From Steroidobacteraceae bacterium (lineage in GTDB: Bacteria; Pseudomonadota; Gammaproteobacteria; Steroidobacterales; Steroidobacteraceae): a stretch of 64,000 nt of DNA. The stretch lies in assembly GCA_029266835.1 (NCBI GenBank), contig JAQSWD010000037.1:944-64943 (forward strand), read 5' to 3'. The translations under genes were made by a program, and so were the position numbers. Positions 58,197 through 64,000 of the stretch are shown piece by piece (positions within the stretch are counted from its first letter, which is position 1; each line of letters opens with the position of its first letter). Under the pieces are notes generated by a model, which was not told the DNA's origin, ran no database searches, and worked only from the letters and a program-made list of their open reading frames with translations.

Positions 58197-60038
58197 ATGG
58201 ACGCGATTGCCAGTCTCGCGATCACGAATGCCCGCGTGACGACGCTGGATCCGGCCCGGCCGCAGGCGGAGGCGGTCGCCGTGCACGGCAACCGCATCCT
58301 CGCGGTCGGTAGTGAGGCGGAGGTGCGGCGACACATCCGCGCCGCGACGCAGGTGGTGGACGGGCGCGGTCGGCGCCTGATCCCCGGGCTCATCGATTCC
58401 CACATCCATGTGATCCGCGGCGGCCTCAATTTCACACTTGAGCTGCGCTGGGACGGCATCTCCTCACTCGCCGATGCGATGCGGCTGCTGCGCGAACAGG
58501 TGGCGCGCACGCCGACGCCGCAATGGGTGCGCGTGGTGGGCGGCTTCACCGTTCACCAGTTCGCCGAACGGCGACTGCCTACGCTCGACGAGCTCAATGC
58601 GGTGGCGCCGGATACGCCGGTATTCATCCTGCACCTGTACGACCGCGCGTTGCTGAATCGTGCCGCGCTCGCCGCGGCAGGATATACGCGCGAGACGCCG
58701 AACCCGCCGGGCGGCGAGATCGTGCGCGATGCCCGGGGCGAACCCACCGGGCTGCTGCTGGCGCGCCCGAATGCATTGCTGCTGTATTCGGCGTTGGCGC
58801 GCGGTCCCAAACTTTCGCCGGAGTACCAGCTCAATTCCACGCGCCATTTCATGCGCGAGCTCAATCGCCTCGGCGTCACCTCCGTCGTCGATGCCGGCGG
58901 CGGCTTCCAGAATTATCCCGATGACTACCAGGTCATCGATGAGTTGCACCGGAACGGCCAGCTCACGCTGCGCATCGCCTACAACCTGTTCACGCAGAAG
59001 CCGAAGGAAGAGGTGGCGGACTTCCTGCGCTGGACTTCCGCGAGCCGTTACCAGCAGGGCGATGACTTTTACAAGCTCAATGGCGCGGGCGAGATGCTCG
59101 TGTTCTCGGCTGCCGACTTCGAGGACTTCCGCGAACCGCGCCCCGAATTGCCGGCAGCGATGGAAGGCGAGCTCGAAGCCGTGATCCGGGTGCTCGCGGC
59201 CAGGCGGTGGCCCTGGCGCATGCATGCCACTTACGACGAAACCATCGGCCGCGCGCTGGACGTGTTCGAGCGCGTGGATCGGGACATCCCGTTGTCGGGC
59301 ATCCACTGGTTCTTCGACCATGCCGAGACGGTGACCGATCGGAATCTCGAGCGCATCGCGCGTCTCGGTGGCGGCGTCGCCATCCAGCATCGCATGGCCT
59401 TCCAGGGAGAGGACTTCATCGCGCGCTACGGCACGCAGGCCGCGGGTCGGACTCCGCCCTTCCGCCGCATGCTCGAAATGGGGATCCAGGTGGGTGCGGG
59501 CACGGATGCCACGCGCGTCGCGAGCTATGACCCGTGGACGCTGATGCACTGGCTGACCACCGGCCACACGGTGGGCGGCACCGCGTTGTACGGCCGCGAA
59601 CAGTGCCTGTCGCGCGTCGCGGCGCTCGATCTGTGCACGCGCGCCAATACCTGGTTTTCGAATGAGCGGGGGCTCAAGGGCCAGGTGGTCGCGGGGCAAT
59701 TGGCGGACCTCGCGCTGCTGTCACGCGACTTCCTGGAAGTCGACGAGGACGACATTCGCGGCATCCGGTCGTTGCTCACCGTCTGCGACGGCAAGGTGGT
59801 CTTCGCTGCGGGCGAGTACGCGTCGTTTGATCCGCCCTTGCCGCCGGTGCTGCCGGACTGGTCGCCGGTGAAACACGCCGCCCGCATCGACCCGGTCGCC
59901 CCGCCCGCAGCGGCAAACGGCCTCACGTGTGCGCCGCATTCCTGTCAAGTGCACGGCACGAAGCCCCGGCCGAGCGCGACCTGGAATGACAGCGCAGGGT
60001 TCTGGGGTCCGCTGGGCTGCTCGTGCTGGGTGTTCTGA
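58197..60038 (+). CDS. Metal-dependent amidohydrolase (amidohydrolase-3/YtcJ-like)
   Basis: 613 aa with a strong ribosome-binding site (GGGAGGAGG). 'GLIDSHIHV', 'W.FDHAE' and the C-terminal 'V..T.CDGKVVF' are typical of this family. Confidence 0.85.
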   Translation: MDAIASLAITNARVTTLDPARPQAEAVAVHGNRILAVGSEAEVRRHIRAATQVVDGRGRRLIPGLIDSHIHVIRGGLNFTLELRWDGISSLADAMRLLREQVARTPTPQWVRVVGGFTVHQFAERRLPTLDELNAVAPDTPVFILHLYDRALLNRAALAAAGYTRETPNPPGGEIVRDARGEPTGLLLARPNALLLYSALARGPKLSPEYQLNSTRHFMRELNRLGVTSVVDAGGGFQNYPDDYQVIDELHRNGQLTLRIAYNLFTQKPKEEVADFLRWTSASRYQQGDDFYKLNGAGEMLVFSAADFEDFREPRPELPAAMEGELEAVIRVLAARRWPWRMHATYDETIGRALDVFERVDRDIPLSGIHWFFDHAETVTDRNLERIARLGGGVAIQHRMAFQGEDFIARYGTQAAGRTPPFRRMLEMGIQVGAGTDATRVASYDPWTLMHWLTTGHTVGGTALYGREQCLSRVAALDLCTRANTWFSNERGLKGQVVAGQLADLALLSRDFLEVDEDDIRGIRSLLTVCDGKVVFAAGEYASFDPPLPPVLPDWSPVKHAARIDPVAPPAAANGLTCAPHSCQVHGTKPRPSATWNDSAGFWGPLGCSCWVF

Positions 60039-60052
60039 TCATGGAGGTCACG

Positions 60053-60622
60053 ATGGACAGATCCGCAACTCTCTTCATTCAGCATCGGGTGCGAGCGAGC
60101 GAGTTGACGCGCTACGAGACGTGGCTGCGCATCATCATGGCGAAGGCCGCCGAGTATCCCGGCCATCAGGGCGTGCACGTAATCCGACCCGCACTCGGCG
60201 ACAACGAATATTCCATCGTCCTCCGTTTTGCGACGGGCGAGGATGCAGGTCGATGGGCTGCTTCGCGCGACCGTCAGCAGTTGCTGGACCAGATTGCCGA
60301 CGCCATCGAAACCGGCGATCGCGTCGAGATCCGATCGGGGATCGACTTCTGGTTCACGCCCGCCGGAACCGTCGATCGCCGCGCCCCGGCGTGGAAGCAA
60401 TGGCTGGTCACTACCGGTGTCATCTGGGTCCTCACGATGCTCGTCCCGCCGCTTCTCGATCCGCTGTTTGCCGAGTTTCCGTTGCTCGGTGCATGGGGCG
60501 TCCGGCACGGCATCCTCGCCGCGGTCATCGTTGCGCTGGTGGTGTTCCTGGTCATGCCCCGGGTGACGCACCTACTCGAGCGCTGGCTGTTCGCCGGAGG
60601 GCAATCGGAACCCACCCAATGA
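60053..60622 (+). CDS. ABM-like (antibiotic biosynthesis monooxygenase fold) domain protein with C-terminal TM helices
   Basis: Start is chosen at the ATG at 60053 because GGAGG lies 5 nt upstream. The N-terminal roughly 95 aa resemble the ABM/ferredoxin-like fold, and two hydrophobic helices follow. Family call is tentative. Confidence 0.5.
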   Translation: MDRSATLFIQHRVRASELTRYETWLRIIMAKAAEYPGHQGVHVIRPALGDNEYSIVLRFATGEDAGRWAASRDRQQLLDQIADAIETGDRVEIRSGIDFWFTPAGTVDRRAPAWKQWLVTTGVIWVLTMLVPPLLDPLFAEFPLLGAWGVRHGILAAVIVALVVFLVMPRVTHLLERWLFAGGQSEPTQ

Positions 60623-62079
60623 GAGAAGCCAGGGGCAAGCCGAGGCAAATATCCTCGGCGCCGAACCGAGAGGGCGCTGGTCGGCGCTACCCGTGCCTCG
60701 GCGTTTGGTTCGCATCCATTTGTATTGGCGCGCTGGGTAGCGTGGCCACCGCGCAGACGGGACCAGCATTCAAATCACTGCGACATGACGAGAACTATGA
60801 CTACCTGCGTGATCCAGAGCTCAGGACATCGGTCCTCGATTCGTTGAAGTTCATCCCTTTGCGAGCCGACGCATCGTCGTACTTTTCCCTGGGAGGAGAC
60901 ATTCGTGAGCGATTCGAACGGGTCGATCACCCGGGTTGGGGCCGTAGTCCGCGAGACGACGATGGCTACCTGTTGCAACGATTCATGCTCCACGCAGATT
61001 TGCATGTTGGCGAGACCATGAGGTTCTTCACGCAGGTGAAGAGCGGCCTGGAGGACGGGCGTGAAGGAGGTCCCAGACCCATGGACCGCGATGGCGCCGA
61101 CCTGCACCAGGCATTCATGGACTGGAACGCGCTGCGCTCCGGCAGATCACAGATGACCTTGCGCGTGGGCCGGCAGGAACTGGTCTATGGCTCTGCGCGA
61201 CTGATCTCGAACCGAGATGGACCGAACGTCCGGCTCTCATTCGACGGTGTGAAGTTGATGTTCGGATCGCGAGCTTGGCAAACCGATGCCTTCGTGGCTC
61301 GGCCGGTCAGCACCCGTCCAGGTGCCTGGGACGATGGGCGTGATCGGAACACGTTGCTTTGGGGTCTATACGCCAGCGCGCCATTCCATCGGCTTCAGGC
61401 GGCCAGCATCGAGCTCTACTACCTCGGCTTGCACAAGGATGAGGCGCAATTCGATCAGGGGATCGGAGAAGAACATCGCCACTCGCTGGGCGCCCGCTTT
61501 TCTGGTCGCGCTTCAGGCTGGGACTACAACATGGAGGCTATCTACCAATTCGGGACGTTCGGATCCGGGAGGATCCATGCATGGACGCTGGCGTCAGATT
61601 GGGGATTCCAGTTTCGAGGCCGCAAGTTCGAGCCGCGCCTCGGGTTGAAAGCCAATGTGACGAGCGGCGACCGGGACCCGACGTCACGCGATCTGCAGAC
61701 CTTCAACCCGTTGTTCCCGCGCGGTGGCTACTTCGGAGAGCCGGCGCTGATCGGGCCGGCCAATCACATCGACCTGCACCCGTCGTTGAGCCTGGACCTC
61801 GGTGCTGGCGTCAAGCTGGATCTGAGTTGGGACTACTTCTGGCGCGAAAGTGTGCGCGACGGAATCTACGGGCCGGCCGTGAACTTGCTCCAACCTGGCG
61901 CCGCGGGTTCCTCACGGAACGTCGGTGATCAGGTCGAAGTCAAACTTGACTGGGCAGTCAACCGCAACCTGGCCATCAGCGCTGACTATGCTCATTTCTT
62001 CACTGGAAAATTTCTGAAGCTGTCCGGGCATGACAGGGACATCGACTATCTATCTGTGTACGGAACGTTGCGATTCTAG
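60619..62079 (+). CDS. Alginate-export-family (AlgE-like) outer-membrane beta-barrel porin
   Basis: Start is at 'MREARGK' (60619), overlapping the previous stop (ATGA); the rest of track ORF 59929..62079 upstream is a shadow. 'LRHDENYDYL', 'LSLGGDIRERFE', an alternating beta-strand pattern and the terminal 'YGTLRF'. G+C is visibly lower than in the surrounding DNA. Confidence 0.7.
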   Translation: MREARGKPRQISSAPNREGAGRRYPCLGVWFASICIGALGSVATAQTGPAFKSLRHDENYDYLRDPELRTSVLDSLKFIPLRADASSYFSLGGDIRERFERVDHPGWGRSPRDDDGYLLQRFMLHADLHVGETMRFFTQVKSGLEDGREGGPRPMDRDGADLHQAFMDWNALRSGRSQMTLRVGRQELVYGSARLISNRDGPNVRLSFDGVKLMFGSRAWQTDAFVARPVSTRPGAWDDGRDRNTLLWGLYASAPFHRLQAASIELYYLGLHKDEAQFDQGIGEEHRHSLGARFSGRASGWDYNMEAIYQFGTFGSGRIHAWTLASDWGFQFRGRKFEPRLGLKANVTSGDRDPTSRDLQTFNPLFPRGGYFGEPALIGPANHIDLHPSLSLDLGAGVKLDLSWDYFWRESVRDGIYGPAVNLLQPGAAGSSRNVGDQVEVKLDWAVNRNLAISADYAHFFTGKFLKLSGHDRDIDYLSVYGTLRF

Positions 62080-62266
62080 GGATCGGCTGCTCGAAGGGCC
62101 TTTCCATGGCGACCGCATCTCCTGTTGACCAGTGAGTCTTGTCTTGGACGATCGAAGGGTGCGGGACTCTTGCGTGACCAGCTCTGCTCAGTTGTGCTCA
62201 GTGCGGATGTTCAGCAACGGACGCCCGCGGCAAGTGGTTGATTTCTAAAGTTCGATAGTCCGATCG

Positions 62267-62317
62267 ACGGCACTCATAATGCCGGGCTCGAGGGTTCGAT
62301 TCCCTCCCTTTCCACCA
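62267..62317 (+). repeat. Third copy of the 3' 51 nt of tRNA-Met (distal att-like repeat)
   Basis: ACGGCACTCATAATGCCGGGCTCGAGGGTTCGATTCCCTCCCTTTCCACCA has 1 mismatch to 29207-29257. The downstream flank is unrelated to the flanks after the other two copies. Confidence 0.85.
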
Positions 62318-62337
62318 AACTGATTCTCTCTTCCGCG

Positions 62338-62407
62338 GCGCCAAGAGGGCGGCGGACGTCTGTCGGTGCAGGGCGCCAAGAGGGCGGCGGACGTCTGTCG
62401 GTGCAGG
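62338..62407. repeat. Exact 35-bp tandem duplication
   Basis: GCGCCAAGAGGGCGGCGGACGTCTGTCGGTGCAGG occurs twice back to back (62338-62372 and 62373-62407), 20 nt beyond the distal tRNA fragment. Confidence 0.85.
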
Positions 62408-62574
62408 CGGACGCGCTGCTGAAATTCGGGAGTGCAGTCAAGCCGACTGCGCCGGCGACAGTGCCTGCCAAGATGTCACGACGTGACTCACGGTCTCCCC
62501 TTGGAACATGCGCGTGGCACTAGGTACATTCCCCATACTCGTCGCTAGACCGACATCGAGGGTACTATCTTCTC

Positions 62575-64000
62575 ATGAGTTCAGAGAGAGTCGCGGTAAC
62601 GGCGGCGAACGCCGAAGCGCCAAGCCTGCGGCTACAAATCGACGGGCTGCGCGATTTCGCCATCTTCATGCTGGATCGCGCTGGCCGGGTGTCGAGCTGG
62701 AACATCGGCGCACAGCGGTTCCAGGGCTACCGTGCGGATGAAATCGTGGGCCGGGAAATCTCCTGCTTCTTCCTGCCGGATGACATCGAAGCCGGGATCC
62801 CGCAGCAGAATCTCGAATGCGCCAGGCGCGAAGGTCACTTCGAGGGCGAGGGTTGGCGCCTTCGCAAGGATGGCAGCAAGTACTGGGCCAGCGTGATCCT
62901 GACCGCGATGCGCGGCGACGACGGGGAGATCGTCGGCTTCGGAAAAGTGGTCCGCGACATCACCGAAAGGGTCCGCTCGGTGGAACAATTCCGCCTGGCC
63001 ATCGAAGCATCTCCCACGGGCATGCTCATGATGGACGAGAGCGGGGCCATCGTGCTGGTCAACGAACAGACGGAAAAGCTGTTCGGGTATCCCCGCGCCG
63101 AATTGCTGGGCCAGAAACTGGAGATGCTGGTGCCCAGCCGTTTCCGGTCCCGGCATCCCGGATTCCGGCTCGCCTTCTTCGCTGACCCCAAGGTGAGGGC
63201 CATGGGCGCGGGACGCGATCTCTACGGCCTGCGCAAGGACGGCAGCGAGATACCGATCGAAATCGGCCTGAATCCACTGACGACTTCAGAAGGCCGCTTC
63301 GTACTGAGCTCGGTGGTGGACATCACCGAACGCAAGCGCTCCGACCGCGAGCGAGAAACGCTGCTGGGCCAACTGCAGGCCCTGAACGCGGAACTGGAAG
63401 AACGCGTCACGGCCCGGACCGCGGAATTGACCGCCACCTTGCGCGAGCGGGAAGTGCTGCTCCAGGAAATCCATCACCGGGTGAAGAACAACCTGCAGGT
63501 CATCTCCAGCCTCATCAACATGCAGTTGCGCCAGCTGGAGGACTCGGGCAGCCGCGACGCGTTGGAGGAGTGCCAGACGCGGGTGCAGGCTATCGCGCTC
63601 ATTCACGAGAAGCTGTACCAGTCGAAAGACTATTCGCGTGTGCCCTTCTCCGAATATGCGCGGGGACTCGCCGGCAACGTTTTCCGGGCTCTCGGCGTCT
63701 CGAAGGACCTCGTCAACCTGGAGCTGGCTTTCGAAGAATTGTCGCTCACGGTCGACAAGGCCATCCCCTGCGGCCTGGTGCTCAACGAACTCATCACCAA
63801 CTCCCTCAAGCACGCCTTCCCCGACGGCCGCCGTGGCACGGTCAAAGTGATCCTGCGCCGCGATGGCGCGGGGCACGCGATGCTGTGCGTGAGTGACGAC
63901 GGCGTCGGCATCCCGCCCGGCGTCGACCCGCGAAATTCAGCATCGTTGGGCATGTCACTGGTGTTCATGCTGGTCGAACAGCTGGGTGGCTCCATCGACA
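62575..64000 (+). CDS. PAS-PAS-HisKA_2-HATPase sensor histidine kinase, 3' end cut by the window edge
   Basis: I translated this by hand; it is absent from the ORF track because it has no stop in the window. It has two PAS domains ('GWRLRKDGS..W', 'GLRKDGSEIPIE'), the H-box 'EIHHRVKNNLQVISSL', the N-box 'LNELITNSLKHAF', and 'VSDDGVGIP'. Confidence 0.85.
   Translation, partial: MSSERVAVTAANAEAPSLRLQIDGLRDFAIFMLDRAGRVSSWNIGAQRFQGYRADEIVGREISCFFLPDDIEAGIPQQNLECARREGHFEGEGWRLRKDGSKYWASVILTAMRGDDGEIVGFGKVVRDITERVRSVEQFRLAIEASPTGMLMMDESGAIVLVNEQTEKLFGYPRAELLGQKLEMLVPSRFRSRHPGFRLAFFADPKVRAMGAGRDLYGLRKDGSEIPIEIGLNPLTTSEGRFVLSSVVDITERKRSDRERETLLGQLQALNAELEERVTARTAELTATLREREVLLQEIHHRVKNNLQVISSLINMQLRQLEDSGSRDALEECQTRVQAIALIHEKLYQSKDYSRVPFSEYARGLAGNVFRALGVSKDLVNLELAFEELSLTVDKAIPCGLVLNELITNSLKHAFPDGRRGTVKVILRRDGAGHAMLCVSDDGVGIPPGVDPRNSASLGMSLVFMLVEQLGGSID

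Larger units (their letters stand above)
45583..62317. mobile_element. Putative genomic island E2 (about 16.7 kb), integrase-less, bounded by two partial tRNA-Met copies
   Basis: Direct repeats are at 45532-45582 and 62267-62317. The 57 nt before each repeat are 43/57 identical between E1 and E2 by hand alignment. Cargo is two STAND regulators plus an uptake/hydrolase cluster. The last gene has lower G+C. Confidence 0.55.

Noticed and set aside
59929-60618. First 230 codons of track ORF 59929..62079
   Set aside because: They overlap the amidohydrolase 3' end and the whole ABM-like gene in another frame, and the translation is Arg-rich nonsense. The porin starts at the ATG at 60619, where porin-family motifs begin.

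Overview
GC-rich chromosomal segment (roughly two-thirds G+C by eye, not computed), probably from a proteobacterium. The lolB-ispE-tRNA-Gln-prs-rplY-pth-ychF order suggests a gamma- or betaproteobacterium. Positions 1-29.2 kb are housekeeping DNA: gatA-gatB, hslO, an M48 peptidase/DUF898 pair, mtgA, ppiB, prmC, prfA, and the TPR-lolB-ispE-tRNA-Gln-prs-rplY-pth-ychF block. Between prmC and prfA lies a complete MoxR/DUF58/DUF4350-like/DUF4129-like/RDD-SpoIIM module. After ychF come a ZIP transporter and a hybrid-kinase -> REC-GGDEF(degenerate)-EAL operon. An intact tRNA-Met(CAU) sits at 29181. Two blocks of about 16-17 kb follow it, and each ends in a degenerate copy of the last 51 nt of that tRNA. 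The two blocks also share homologous end sequences, which fits two related integrative elements inserted in tandem. I recognise no integrase in either block. Block E1 carries a hybrid histidine kinase, a LuxR-type response regulator and one roughly 4300-aa autotransporter built from about 54 glycine-rich 'AQSIGGGGGNGG' modules. Block E2 carries two tandem paralogous wHTH-NB-ARC-TPR (STAND-type) regulators and a cluster of a TonB-dependent receptor, an MFS transporter, secreted hydrolases and a porin. The window ends inside a PAS-PAS-HisKA_2 kinase. Most other long ORFs in the six-frame track are shadow ORFs of the genes listed. All domain calls come from motif recognition by eye; no database search was run.
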